Of a DNA stretch of 45,222 nt, positions 13,501 through 27,100 are shown one piece after another. Source of the stretch: Rhizaria sp. SCN 62-66 (taxonomy: Eukaryota); the NCBI GenBank assembly GCA_001724265.1, contig MEDY01000249.1, positions 1-45,222 of the forward strand. The letters are read 5' to 3'. The notes beneath the pieces were generated by a model that saw only the letters and a list, made by a program, of their open reading frames with translations, was not told where the DNA came from and did no database searches. The translations under genes were made by a program, and so were the position numbers. Position 1 is the first letter of the stretch. Each line of letters starts with the position of its first letter.

Positions 13501-13552
13501 CGGTGTGCAGCACACCGTCTTCACCCAGAGGGGAAGACGCGGAGCAACCCAT
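7540..13552 (-). CDS. CaMKK/GRIK-like Ser/Thr protein kinase with very large low-complexity insertions, ~1957 aa: complement(join(7540..12152,12292..13552))
   Basis: Kinase subdomains occur in order: INGYRKVKPLAAGTYGRV, YAFKK, MEIALMRLL, VIDSPASDAVYLVLPY, IVHRDVKPENVL, SDVGVS, AGTYAFFSPEAC, DAWALGVTLY..GTVPF, LLEKDPARR. The VID.P..YLVL and GT.AF.SPE forms resemble CaMKK. The ORFs 12266..13552 and 7540..11832 join in frame through a 139-nt GTCCGC..TAG intron, and 11833..12152 is stop-free in that frame. The N-terminus is MGCSASS. Confidence 0.85.
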
Positions 13553-14022
13553 GCAGGCTTGATGCGAGGCGGCGCTGGAAAGTGGAAAGAGGGAAGGAAG
13601 AAGCTGGCTTGGGGAGCGTTTGAAGGGTACGATTTCATTAGGTTAAGCATCGTTTTCGAGAAAAGAAATAATACAACTTGGAGGAAAACGGAAATTCATA
13701 TTCGAACAGTGGAAATGCAAACTGATTTACGGCACTTATATCTGTTTAATATGTGTTCCACTTCACCTGAAAATCTCGCGTGCACGCACGAGCCAGCCGA
13801 CTCGTGGTCGATCGTATGGGTCTTCGTTCGAAGATGGTCGGTCAACGAAACTTTGCTTCAAATTTAAACCGTTGTGAATCCGTTGCTTTGCAATTATTAT
13901 CATTGCGTGTGACATCTGCTGTGCTAATCTATCTGTCATTTAAATTCCATTTTTCAATCCTGCCGCTAGTGACTACCTGAAAGGTTCCTGCAACAGACCA
14001 TCCTCGCTTGTTGAGCTCTCAG
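13553..14022. promoter_or_regulatory. Probable bidirectional promoter region between divergent genes
   Basis: 470-bp AT-richer gap between the head-to-head start codons at 13552(-) and 14023(+). Inferred from layout only. Confidence 0.45.
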
Positions 14023-17000
14023 ATGGCGTCCACTGCCATCACCGTTCAGCAGGGCGCACGGCAGCCCATCGTTGTATACACCGAGCGCCCGGTACCTGTG
14101 CCCCTCGCGATCCTAGGTATGTTTGAGTAACCGTATTTCTATTTGTTTAAGTCTCCATCTAGCTGTCCCATTCACTGACTTCTACTGACCGTTGATGATC
14201 TGCTTGTCACTTTACACCCGCGCTCTCAAGATCCGGAGACAATCCTTGGCCGCTCGCCCGTTCTTGCTGGCGCGTCAATGGACCTTGGTCTTGCTTCCGG
14301 CTACCGTCTGCCCACGACCGAACCCCCCGCAGGCACCGTTGAAGCCTCTCTAGAACAGCTGCACCGGCAACTCGCGTCCTCGCAAGCCGTTCTCGACCAA
14401 ACCTCGCTAAACGAGCGTTCCCGCGCTACTACGCTTGCCCGTGTGCAGTACACGCTGCAGCAGGAACACGATGCTCGCGTTCGCGCCTGCACTCGCGTTG
14501 ACACGGCCGTTTCCGCAACCACGGCCGCGGAGAAGCGCCTCCGCCTGCAATCCTTGCTCAAACAACACACCGCCTCTGCTACCACAAACACAGGCGCAGC
14601 CGCAAACGGCCAACAACTGGTTGGCGTCAGCGCGGCGCCCGGGACGACCTTCCCCGGCTTCTGCGGCCCCCGCGGCGTCGCCCCGCCCGCGCACGCGCAC
14701 ACCGCGCGCGCCCGCCGCCGCACCGAGGCCGCCGCGTCCGCAGGGCTGCCGCTGCCGCCGGGCTTGTCGGATCCCTTCGGCCCCGACAGCGACGATGACG
14801 GCGGAGACAGCGCTGAGAGCGACCGCTGGGAAGACGCGTTCCTGACGCCGGAGCAGCGCGCGAATAAACTCGCTGCGAGGCGTCAGGCGCGTAAGTTAGA
14901 CGCTTTCGTGACTCGCTTAGCGACACCGAAACACGCCCCCAATGTCGCCGCCGCGCCATCCTCCGCCGTGGCCGCCGCGCGCAGGCACCTCTCTCACTCC
15001 CTCGCAGCGGCCGCGATGTCTGCTGAGGCGGGTCACGGCGGCGGTAGCGGGGGGAAGGCCATTGGCGCGCGCGCGGCTGGACCGCTCGTCGGTTCGCAGT
15101 GGTGTTTCGACGGGGCGGGCGCGCCTGTGACGTACGACGGCTGGCGGCAGCGGCACACGACGCAGCAGCAGCCGCACGGGACTCCATCCTCATACGCCGG
15201 CGGCGCCACCGCTGTCAGTGTAAGCACGAGTGCGGCGAGGAAGTCAAAGGGGGAGTTTCACCCGGGGAGCGAATGCTGTGGCTGCGGCCTGCAGGAGTGC
15301 GCTGTAGTCGCGCTAAACAATGCTAATTGTGGAACTAGTGTTGCGACGGGCAGTCGTTTTGGCTCTAACTGCGGTGACACGAGCTGCTCAGTCACGACGC
15401 CCACGAAGCATAACTCACAGTCATCAGACGGGTCGCCGAGCTCAATCAGTCATGCTGCGACGACTGTGGCACTCAGTAACTCCCGTTCTAGTCCTAGTCT
15501 AAGTACCTCGAGCTCCGTTTCAGGCACCAATGGTGTACGCGCGCGCAACTGCGGCGCCCATGGTCACTCCGCTGTCGCAGCCGCGAGGGCCCCCGGTGGC
15601 GGCCTCTCAGGTGGACCGCTGCTCGCTGTCACCCAGCGACACCCGCTTCTAAGGGGGTACTTAGACTTCTCGGTGCCGGGCAGTGACCGACCTGAGAGTG
15701 TGAGGCAGAGGGCGCATGCGGCGGCGACGGGAGTCGTGCCTGTTTCCTGGCGGTATTGGGCTGATCGCAGTGCCAGTACAAACAACAACAATAACAATAA
15801 GAACTCAAATTCTAGTCGCAGTCGCCCTCTTGGTGTCAAGAACAGTGACAGCAAGGGCAGGCACGGTGCTGCTTCTCGGTCACAGTCGCGGTCGCAGTCT
15901 CGTTCACGGTCTCGGTCACGCTCACGGTCACGGTTGCAGCAGCAGTCACGCTCTCAATCGCGCAACACACGTTCTGCCAACAATAGCGACGACGACTGTG
16001 GTAGTGTTTGCGACTGCGAAGGAGACTGCGACGATGATGAGTATGAGAGTGGTTGCCGTGACACTGACGCTGATGTGGCATCGGAACCTCTGGCCGCGAG
16101 TTACTACAGTCCGCCTGCCCGTCGCCGCGCTCATGGAACCGGTGCCGGTCACAGTCATGGTCACTCTGGCGGTGGCGTCAATATTGGCGGCTTGTGGCGT
16201 GAGTCCGAGGACCCCGCTGACAGCAAGCACAGTCCTTACACTGTGGCATCATCTAAGTACACCATGTCTGAGCCCCGCCCGGCTCGCAGTCACTCCCGCT
16301 CTCGCGGCTTACATTCTGCATCTAGTGGTCTAAGTACCCCTTCATCTTCCTCCCGCGCTACTTACACTCGCGCCCGGTTTGAAGACTACGGCGCCTTGTC
16401 ATCCGCCGAGTGCGGACACCGCTCTTGCGCTCAGTCCGCTACCACGTGCCAGCGCTTGCCCGCCGCAGCCGCCTACATTGCCCGCGGTGTCGTCGTGCCC
16501 GGTGCGGTTACGGTCGCGCACCGCGCGTTTCCATCGTCGGCTGCAGTGGCTGCCGCGCTGCATCGGCGCAACGCGGCCGCGGGCGGAAAGACGAGCGCCA
16601 CGGCTGACCGTCTGTTCGCATCAGCCGTCGCGCGTCAGGTACATTTCTCACTTTATAGAACATATTTCATCATAATTGTTAAATCCTTATGTTATGGTTT
16701 GTTATTTATAAATTTATTTGTACATTATATTTGGTCGCTACATTTTAGTTCTAGACACTCACATATACTGGCAATATATGCAACCTTGTTACTCTTTTTT
16801 TCGCGCAGGCTCGTCAGGGCTCGATCGCGAACGGCGGCAACATCGGCAGCGCCACCGACAGCGCCTCCGCCAGCTCTACCGGCGCCAGCGGCAACGGCGG
16901 CTGCAGCGGCGTCTGTGGCGAAGGCGCCCCGCACCGCTGCTCTGCGTCTCGCCGCATTCCCGGCCAGTTTCTGCCCGCTCCGGCGCAGCTCGACTTGGCG

Positions 17001-17735
17001 GGGCCTGGCGCCGCGCGCGGCAGTGTGCCCCTCAGTCAAGAGGCCAGGGCGCGCGCGAACCGGGCTGCGCGACGCCTCGACGGCGGCGGCGGTGGACTAA
17101 AACAACTTAGCACTAATGACGACTACTTTGGATCAGGTAATGGCGCCGACGACGACAATGATGACGATGATGATGATCAGAAGAGGTGTCGTCCTGATTC
17201 TGCGTCGCCTGTCGCTCCGGGAGTGACTGTGAGCGCGGCGGGGCGGCTTAGCTTCCGCGCCGCCCGCGGCCACGCGACTGTAGCCGAGGCCACCCGTGCA
17301 CGCGGTACTGATAACGTCACCGGTCGTGCTGGCGGAAAGGGAGGTGCGTACACTGGATCTAAGGGAGTGACTGCGAGCGCGTCCGAGCGCCGGAGCACGG
17401 TGAGCTTTGCTGTTCGGAGCGGTGGCGCCACTGGCGGTGCCCGCGAGCGGGCTGTGGCGGGTCTCAAGGCAAGTAAAAGCAGTGGAGCCAGTGTCCACGG
17501 TACTTCCAGTAACAGCGGCCATGGCGGCACGATGACTGTGGGACACTGGACGTTCGCGCCGGTCGGTGCTCCCCGCCGCGCCGGAGACCTCGGTCACCGT
17601 GAGGACTTTGAGGTTGGCCAGCAGACCTGGGTATCGTCGCACCCGCGCGCGACGCCGAAGTACCTGAGGCATGGTGGCAATGTGCGGAAAGATCTTCGCA
17701 CAGAGCTTGTGGTCACCGACTACTCGGAGGTTTAA
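14023..17735 (+). CDS. Hypothetical, largely disordered protein with RS repeat, ~1142 aa: join(14023..14116,14231..16638,16809..17735)
   Basis: Two introns (GTATGT..AAG, 114 nt; GTACAT..CAG, 170 nt) join an upstream ATG exon, ORF 14278 and ORF 16995..17735 in frame. It has an N-terminal coiled-coil-like segment, an SRSQSRSQSRSRSRSRSRSR run and Cys clusters. No family recognised. Confidence 0.75.
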
Positions 17736-18147
17736 CCAAGCAAGAATGTCACAGATTTAAAAAATATTATGGTTATGTGGTAAATGTGTAACAATAAAGT
17801 TAAACATGAGATTGATATCTTCACGCCACTTTGTAACACTCGTATAACACTTGTTTTGTGGGTAAAGTTGGTGTCTGACACTGGTGGTGCTCACAGTCAT
17901 CGAGCAGCAGCCTTGATGACGCTGCCAGTGTCTAAGAGGCAGCTTCCAAGAACCATATCTCACTGAAAGTCAACTCTGTAGAAACATAATTTCGTTTACT
18001 TTTATATTTCTACTTACAGTATACTGCATATAAATGATATCTCTATCGACGGAAAGACGCCCCCACTGAGCGATATTCCAAACTCATATCTGCCTCCCCT
18101 TTCCGCTTCCATCCGTCTTGTCTCCCCGCACTGCGCTACCCTGTAAG

Positions 18148-21100
18148 ATGGAGAAAACACGTCTCGTCGACGTGTTGATCGGCGCCTCGCTTGCGTCCGC
18201 GCCTCCACACGACACCTCGCTGATCCGTGCGCAAACACTGGCCCTGCAGGTGCGCTCCGTGCACGAAGTGTACCGCAGCCTCGATCTGGCCATCGTTGGT
18301 TTCCTCTTAGAGCTCGTCCGCAACCCCCGCACGCCGCTGGACAAGCTTCCCACCCCGCCCTCGCAGCTCATCACTACCGTTCTGATCTCAATTGACCCCT
18401 CGCTATCCCTCAACGCCCCGACCGCGGCCGCAACGGCCCTTGTCCCCTCCGGCGCCTCCTCTCAAAGCACCGCCAACGCCGCCAACCCCGCGAGTGCCAG
18501 CGCCGGCGCCGGCCCGGGCGGCGTCGCAGCCGGCCTCGTGTCACCCGCCGGCCCGCGCCGTGCCCCCGCGTCGGTGTACGCGCGCCAGTCACTCAACTCG
18601 CACGCCCCGCGGCCCGCGCTGTTCGTTGCATCCCTGGCCGCAGCGAGGTTCTCGCGCCCGCTGTGTATGCGTTTGCTGGCGGTCCACGAACTCACTGAAG
18701 CGCTGCTGACTCCGCTGCCCACGCTCTCATATGACGCTGCGGCCTCTAACAACAGCGCGACGAACGCTGCCAAGAACACCGCCGCCGCTGCCGCTGCGGC
18801 TGCTTCGGCTGCGGCTGCTGCGGCGGCGACGACGGCGACTGCTGCTGCATCTGCGACGGCGGCGGGCATCCGCAGTCACACGCGCATCGGCGTCACGTAC
18901 GGCCCGCTGTTTTCGTGCCACCCCACGCCGCTGTCGACGCTCACCCCGTCAAACGCAAGCTCGAGTTCGAGCTCAAGCTCTGGTGTCAACGCTGCCGCAT
19001 CCAGCCGCCACAGCAGCGGTGCCGCTAATGATGGCGCTGTGAACAACGCGGGATCCGCCGCCGCTGCGGCCACCCGTGGCGGCGTTAATGCTGCGGCAAC
19101 TCCGACCGCGCCTATGATCGTCACAGCCTCCTCGGCCACCGTCGCAGCGTCGTCGTCGTCCCTCGCAGCTGCCGCATTAGCGCTGTCCTCCTCCTCCGCG
19201 CCTCTCCGCCGGTCGCCACCAGGTGTGACCGCCACGAACACCGCGACGGCCACAGCGCGGCGGCTCGCGCGCGCACCGGACGCGTCGCTGCTCGCGATCC
19301 GTTTTGTGTGGCGACAGGCGCTGCACAGGCTTAGGATAGCACTGGCTCGCAAACGCACGTTCTTTGTCAACATGAACCGCCGTGCGATCGTTGCAGCCGC
19401 GACGACGGCCGCCGTGGCCGCTGCTTCTGCGACGCACAACGCGCACAATATGGCGAATTTGACCGCGAACGCTACCACGAGTACCGCCATGGGTTCCACC
19501 AACATGCATAGTAATCCTTTTAGTCCGCTGCTGTCTGACGCTGCTGTGCTTGCAGCCGTCGCGACGACTGAAAGTCAAGCCGCCTCGCGCTATTACCAGC
19601 GCCTGCAACAACAGCACCAGCTGCCGATTGACGATCCTGATCGCTTTCTACACGACTTTGACCCCCAGCTAGAGCAAGCACACAAAAATGCATTTTTCCC
19701 CCGTGCCGAGGACGCGTATTATTTTAGTCCCGGTGGTCTTGCCCTCTCCGACACGGACACCGACGCTGGTACTTCCGCGTTTGGCAGCGGCAGTGGAGGC
19801 GGCTTAACTTACGAGCGCCGGAGCGCGCTCACGGTCACTTCTCTGTCTTTAATCGGCGGCGTGCCCCCAATGCCGCCCTCGGTGGCCGCCGCCGTTGCCG
19901 CGACGGCGACCTTGTCCCCCGCCGCCGCCTCCGCCGCGCTGGCTGCGGTGCTGGCCTCACCCTACGCCGCCGCCGTCGGCACAACCACCACTACCGCAAA
20001 CATAGGCTCCGGCGGCGCTGGCCACAGTGGCGCGCGGTCGTCCAAGCGCGGCGCCAGGGGGCCGCTGATGTTGCTCTCGGCTGCCCACAGTCGCCTGCAG
20101 ACTGCGCACAGTCACTTAGTCGCACTGCATACATCGGCGCTGGCGCGCGTTCTCGCCGCTGGGAGCGCTAGCGCGAGTCTAAGTACCCCCTTAGACGGGG
20201 AGGGCGGTCCGGCTGCAGCGGCGTGGGCCGCTGTGGCCGCGGTCACAGCGGCCTCGGTAGCACCGCAGCCGCCTCACCCGCCGTTACCCGCGCTGCTGGC
20301 CGCGTCATGCCCGTCTGCGGTGCAGTCGCACGCAGCCGGCTCCGCCTCTGCAGCCGTCGCCGCCGCCGCTGCCACTGCCTCTGCTGCTTCTAACCCTAGC
20401 ACGGGCGTTCTTGTCGCAGCCGGCAACGCGAGTGCCCATGCCAGCTACGACGCTGCTGCGGGCACTGTTGCCCTCGGAGGTGATGAGCTGTGGGGCTGGT
20501 ACCTCTACGGCATGGGCATCACGCGCAAGCACGAGGGGAACGCGCGCGGAACACAGGGTGCCCACGGTCAGTCGTACTATGGGTACGGAACGCGTGGTGC
20601 GCGCGGTGGCCACGGTGACCGAGGGTCGCTGCTGCTGTTGCCTAATGAGAGGCGGATCCCGCGCTTCCACTTGGGGTCGAAGGGAGTGGGTGCTTACAAC
20701 CGCGGCGATGACGCGTACGGCAACGACGACTACGACGATGATGACGACGAAGACGATGATGACAACGATGATGACGACGGTGGTAGCTATCACCCCAGGT
20801 ATAACAACTCAAGTCAACGCAATAATTATAATAACAACAACAAGAATAATGACGACGACGATGACGATGATGACAGTGCTAGACTCGTCTTCTCCTCACC
20901 GCGCTCCCGTCGCTACGGCCCCGGTCTAAGTGCCTCTCATCTACGTACCTCCGGCGTGTCGGTGTACGCGCGCTCACACCCGCGCATTTCAGCCCGCGCC
21001 CGCGCCGCCGCGCGCGCTGCCGCCGCTGCCGCTGCCACCGCCGCCCGTTTGTCCTTCACTCTGCCCCCATTCCTCCCGTCCAACGCAATCACAAGCACCA

Positions 21101-24100
21101 ACGGCAACCACAACAACAGTACCAGTGGTTTCGGACCGCAACAACAGCACCTCGGTGTGTTCGCGGCTTCGGCAGCCGCGGCCACCGACGCTGGCGCCGG
21201 CTCCGGCGCAGTCGCTGCTCGGCTGGCTCCTGTGTGGCACGTGTCCCCGTTCCTCACGCCCAACAAGCACAACTCTGCTTCAAACAACAGCAGTGGTAGA
21301 ACGCGCGCCTCTGCGAACTCACTTGCCAGTATCCTCAGCGGTACCGCGAATGCAACCGGTGGGAGTAGCTTCGGCGCGGTTGCTGCCGCTGCGTTTAAGT
21401 CTGCTGAGAGCGCCATCGCGACGGCTCTCTCTGGCCGTGATTTAGACGCCAACTCATTGCTCGCGCTGTCGCAGTCGGCCGCCGCTGTTGCTGCGGCGAC
21501 GGAGCAGATTCTCTCCTCCAAGTCGCTCGAAACGAAGCCGCCGCGGCCTGACTTCAAGAAGTCTGACGACCCCGGTGTCGCGAATGTCTACCCGCGCATC
21601 ACGCTCCACAACAACAGCAGCACAAACAGTCATAACAACAATACTACCAACACGAATACTGCGAGTGCCAATGTGAGCTGCTTATTCTCGCTTGCCGTCG
21701 CACTGGCTGCTATCCCCGCCGACTACACGCTGGCACGCCTCACAGTCGCTGCCGCCGCGGACGTTGACCGCCGGCTCGGCCTCACCCCTGCGCCCGCTCA
21801 GACTGCTGCGACCACCGACTCGGCTTCCGTCAAAAGCATCCCTGTCTCAACTGGTGGTAGTCGTTCTTTCACCGCGGGCTCGCTGGCGAACCCCGTCGCT
21901 GTCGCATCGCAAGCGCCCCAGGTGACCAGCTCTGCCGCCGCGGCGGCCGCGGCCACTGCCGCCCGGGTGACCGCGGCCGGCGGCGCGCACTCTCTGACGC
22001 CGCACCAGCTCGCGTCGCTGTATACGACTGCGAATCCTTACTCCACGGCCACTGCCGCCGGAACGATGACTGTGGGCGGCAGTCGCGCCCGCGGCAATCC
22101 CAGTAAAGCGCAGTCGCAGTCGAGCTCGAATTCTAGCTTTCGTAGCGGCGGCAACGCTGCGCTAGACGGGAGCAAGCAGGGGTCTGACCGTCTCCGTGGC
22201 GGCGCTGATTTGAGTGACAGCGGTGCGACGTCTAAGGGGGGGCTAAGGGTCATGCGTGCGCGGATGCCAACGTTGCCGCGCCCGATCCGCTCGCAAAATG
22301 TAAGTACCTCTGTCAGCGTTGCTAACTGCAACAGTGTGGCTGGTGATGCCGCCTTGCTCACAGTCGCCGATGTAAGTGCGATCAACTCGGGAGTACCTAC
22401 AGCTCCTACACTGACGCAGATGGCTTCTGGGACCGCGACGAATGACGGCAGCGCAAGCAACGCTGATATGCAGCTGCTGTTGCCTGCGCCGTCGGTCTCA
22501 TCAACCTCCAGTGGCAGCAACAGTGAACTCAGCAATCTTCTTAGCAACAACAATGCGGGCTCTGCTGGGAACGCTCTCGCGAGTCCGACCGCGACTACGC
22601 TGACTCTCCCCGGAAGCGTCAGTGGTGCGAGCAGCGGTGCGCGTCTGAGTGGCTCTCAGCTGGTCGACGCGAGTGGCAAGGAGTGGGTCAGTGGCTCCGA
22701 AGTTCTCACCCAGATTGACGACGATGATGATGATGATGATCTTAACAATAACAACAACGGCGACATCACTGATTACGACTCAAGCAATAGCAGCAACAAC
22801 AGCGGCATTATTGCTGCTGAAACACGGCTGTTAGTCTCCACCTTGACGCCATTGCCTGCGTTTTTGCTCCTTGACGAGCCCCGCGGTTCAGCCCCCGCCT
22901 TTCCACAATGTGGACCGACGCACCCTCTGTGGGCGCAATGGGCTCAGCAAGGGCTTTTAACTGGTAACATACTGCCAGAACCTAAGGGTCAGCTCAAGGG
23001 TGTAAGTGCCTCCGTGAGTGACCCGCTGGCAACGGCGATGACACTTACATCCCCGCAGCACACCCTTACATTCAACAGTAATAGCACTAGCAACAGCAAT
23101 TACAAGAACTACGTAAAGAAAACTGCGACTGGTGCTGATACTAAGAAGCGTAAGCCGAAGCAGCCTAGCGCAAGCACAAGTGATGATGTCAGTGGGAATA
23201 CGACTAATGAGGTTGCTGTCGCACCGGCACTTACTCTGGGGTACTTACATTCTCCTCTGCGTGACGTCTCTGGCGTGTCTGTCCCTTCTAGAACGAATGC
23301 TTCGACTTTAGTCTCAACCCCCTTGGACAGCTGCAACGGCAACGCCGCTACGGGCTCTGTTTGCGGCGGCAGTACAAGCCTGACTGTGAGCGCAGGCACT
23401 GGCCTCACGGTCACTCTCACCCGCACGACCACTGTGAATACCGAGTCCAAGGACAGCAATGCCGATGACAAAGCAAAGTTAGGCCGCCCGCAGACACGCA
23501 CGTGCACCCGCATGTACACTCAGAAGACGGTCACAGTCAGCACATCTTCCGCCGCCGCAGCAACTGCAATTGGGAATGACGACGCTGCGGTGAACAAGGC
23601 CACTGCGACGACGGCGAAGGATTTGACTGTGATGCCCACTGCAACCGCCGCACAGCTGTTGCTGCCTACAGTCACGGCTCTCACAGTCGCAGGCGCGGCC
23701 GCAGCTCACCGCAACACGGCGCAGACTGCCACCGGCCCCGCCGACTGCGACTGTGAGCAGCGCGGCGGCTTAACCTCCGCATCCTCAGCCGCCTCCGCCG
23801 CAGATGACTACATTCTGCACCCGGCGCAGACGTGCCGGCACCGCACCTACGCCGCACACTTCCTCGAGCGCGCCGCCGCCACCGCCGACGCCGCCGCTGC
23901 GACCGCGGCGTCACTCGCCGCCGCGGGGCCCGCGCTCCTGACGCGCGCGCCGTTTGCGGCGGCATTGGCGACCGCGGCGACGGCTGCTGCGAGGGACCAC
24001 GGCAACCTGCTTGCGCCCGTGGCAACTTCGCTGATCGCGTATTCTGGTGGCAACGTTAACTCTGCCTCTGCGGCTGGCAACAGCATCAACGTCTACAGTG

Positions 24101-27100
24101 TGACGAATACTGGTGGCGGTGGCGGCGGGGGCACGCTGCCGCTGCTGCCGCCGCCCCGCCGCTTTCTGACGGCGGCGTCTGCGGCGACTGCCAGCCCTGC
24201 AGCGCTGCAGCAGCATCCCCAGCCGTCGACGCGCCGCCTTCTGCGGCTGTTGCCGACCGGTCAGGCTCCGCTCGCAGGCCTCGCTGCTCTGTCTCGACGG
24301 CTGCTCGACACCTTCATCCTGCCCGGCACGTCGCAGCTCGCTGAAGCCGCCGCTGTCGTTGCCACGGCCGCCGCCAGCGCCGCTGCGAACAATGATCCAA
24401 CTCTCAGGGCGCGGCTTGACGCCAGGCCCTTAGACGGCGACGTGCCTGACGCCCCCTTACACTATCTGAGTGCCCACCATCTGCTGAGTGACTGTGAGCT
24501 GCAGCAGCAGACGCCCGAGTCCCTCGCAGCTGCGGTTATGGGCGGGCGGCTTAACATTGCGGCCATCCTTGAAGGCCGCAGGTTACCACGCGTGTTGCAT
24601 GCGTTCTCCCCTCTACGTCCACCGTCCGCAACCTCAGCCGCCGCCGCTGCTGCCACCGCCGCTGCCGCCGCCGCGGCTTCCGCTGCTGCCTCAGGTGGCA
24701 GCGCAGGCATCGGCGCTGTTGCTGTGGGCGCGGGCGCTGCGGCGACTGTTGCTGGCGCCAACGCAGCAGCTGTGGCTGCACTGCTCGCTCTCTACGGCAT
24801 CAACACCACTGCTGCAAACAGCCCTAGCAATGTCGACGGTGCTCGTGGACGCGGCGGCTTACTTTCTGGCAGACGCGGCGTAGCTTCGCGCAACGCTGGC
24901 AACACCGCTGGCGCTGCAAGTGCTGCCACGCTGCTTCGTCTCTTAGCTGCGGCTGACGTCGTCGTCCCGGGCAACTCCGCTAATAGCAGCAGTAGCGCTG
25001 CCGACGCCGAAGTTGGCGGCGTCGTCAACATGACCACGAGCGCGAACAATGTCAACACATCCAGCAGCACGAGCGGCGCTGGCGTGCTTCACAAGCTGCG
25101 TCACCTGGCGACTCCGCCCTCAGCGTTGGCCGCCGAGGACTCCAGCTCCGCCAGTGCCAGCGGCGTCGCTGTCGCAAACGAGAAGCAGCAGCGATTGACT
25201 GTTTTCGGTTCAGCACCCAGTGCTTTGTCCACCGCCGCCGCCGCTGCAGTGACGACTCAAAGCCACGCCGTCCCCGCCGCACTTGCCCCCGTGTCCCGGC
25301 TGTACCCTGCGCTGACGCTGATGCACCGCCGCGCGCGCTCCGCCGCGCTCCTCGCTCGCCGCAGCATCACTCCCGCCGCCGCCGACGCGAGCGAGTGTAG
25401 TGATAGTGAGCGCCTCAGTGATAGCGCGCCCGAGAGCGGCAGCGGCAGCGACAGTGACAACGAGGAGGAAGAAGAGGAGGAGGAAGACGTTGCGCCCGCC
25501 CGTGTCCCGCCTCAACTCGCCGCCGCCGGTGCTGTCACAGCGTGCACGCGCCTTGGCGCCACCAAGGCCGTCCGCTCAGCGCTGGCCACTGCGCGCTCAA
25601 CTCGCATGCACCTTCTCCGCGCGTGGCGTCGCGCCCCCTCATCTACACCGCAGAACGGCCAGACCGCTGAAGGAACAGCCGATAGCGCGCTGTCGTTTTT
25701 CGGTCCTGTGGCGTTTGACGCGACACGACTGGTCTTCCTAACTCCCGGTCACGCAACGACGCTGCACGCGCTAGTCACTGCAGCCCCCGCTGTGCTCTTG
25801 CGCGCCCGCAACTCCGCTGATGCGCAATCATCGCTCACTGCCGCCGCCGCTGCTGCTGCTGCTGCTGCTGTTGCGTCCTCCTCCTCTGGTCTCTACTACA
25901 AGTCACTGTTGTTGGGCACTCCGGCCCCGCGCCACGTCTCACGGTCGCTCTGGGAGCTCCGCATTGGCCGCGCGTTGACTACATTCGCGCTCACACGCGT
26001 CTGGCGGCACCCGGACCTGACGTCCCAGGGACGGCTTAACTTCGACCATTCGCGGCCAAACTTCGGGACGGCGGCGGTGATCACGGGCCGCGGTGTGAAC
26101 GCGTTCAGCAACAACAAAGACTACCAACCGACTGGACTGGCGTGGGCTGTGTACAAGATGATGTACACGTTTTACCGCGTTTGCCACGCGCTCAAACAAA
26201 CCAACGCCGTTACAGCTACTGGGGCGGGACCTTCTAGTGCGAATGTGAAGGAGCAGCAACGGCGCGCACGTCAGCTGCAGCGTCGCCGCGCCCGTGCTGC
26301 CGCTGCTGCTGTCTCCCACGCAATCCTGCTCACGGTCACTTCCGGCTGCGTTTCTCTGTCCTACAGCAGCGTCGACGCGAGCTCATACAGCTCAACTCTT
26401 GCCGCTGTTGTTGCTGTCACTGCAACCGATGCTGCCGCAATTCTATCGCTGCCTGCACCTGCAGCAACCACGCTGAAAGCGGTAACTGCCGAGCTCTTCG
26501 CCGCTGCCGAGACCGACGCGTTCGCTCTCGCACCCGCTGCTGCGCCTGCCCCCAACGGCGCTGCACTGGCGCTGCCGCCGCTGCCGCTGCGCGTGTCGCA
26601 GGGCCAGCTTGCGTGGCTCTCGTGGGCTGCGAGCGACCTCAAGAAGAAGGATTCTAACGCCAACGCAATCGTCGATAGCAATCGCTCGATTAGTGAGCGC
26701 AGTGGCGACTTTGGTGTGAGTGTAAGTGGACCTCTGATAATTTACGACTACTTCGGCACCGATGGCCTTTGCCCTTACACCACAAACGACTTGCACAACC
26801 ACGCGAACTCCAACAGCTCTAGCGCTAAGCGCAACGTCAAGTCTTCTGACGCTGTCTGCGCTGACTCTAGCGCAGCCGCTGTTGTTGCCCGTCACCACAG
26901 GCTCGCAGCGCGACGCGTCGTGACTGCCGCGCTGCGCGGTGGCACTGGCGCCGACTTGTTCTACGCTGCGTACCTTCAAAGCAGCCAGCTGGACGGCATG
27001 GTTAGCGCTCCCCTAGATGTCCCCGAGGCCGCGTTTGAGTACGACGACTCAGACTGCGATGAGGACAGCCAGAGTGCATCGACTGGAACAATCATGAATA

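Noticed and set aside
12166-13552. ORF 12266..13552 as a separate gene from the kinase
   Set aside because: A 139-nt GT-AG intron (12153..12291) joins it in frame to the kinase exon, so it is treated as exon 1.
841-13552. AMP deaminase plus CaMKK-like kinase as an AMPK/energy-sensing gene cluster
   Set aside because: Thematically tempting, but adjacency in a compact eukaryotic genome is not evidence, and no synteny data are available.
16639-17100. Transmembrane-like C-terminus of the 940-aa ORF 14278..17100
   Set aside because: It is translation through an AT-rich 170-nt intron. Splicing shifts into the frame ending at 17735.
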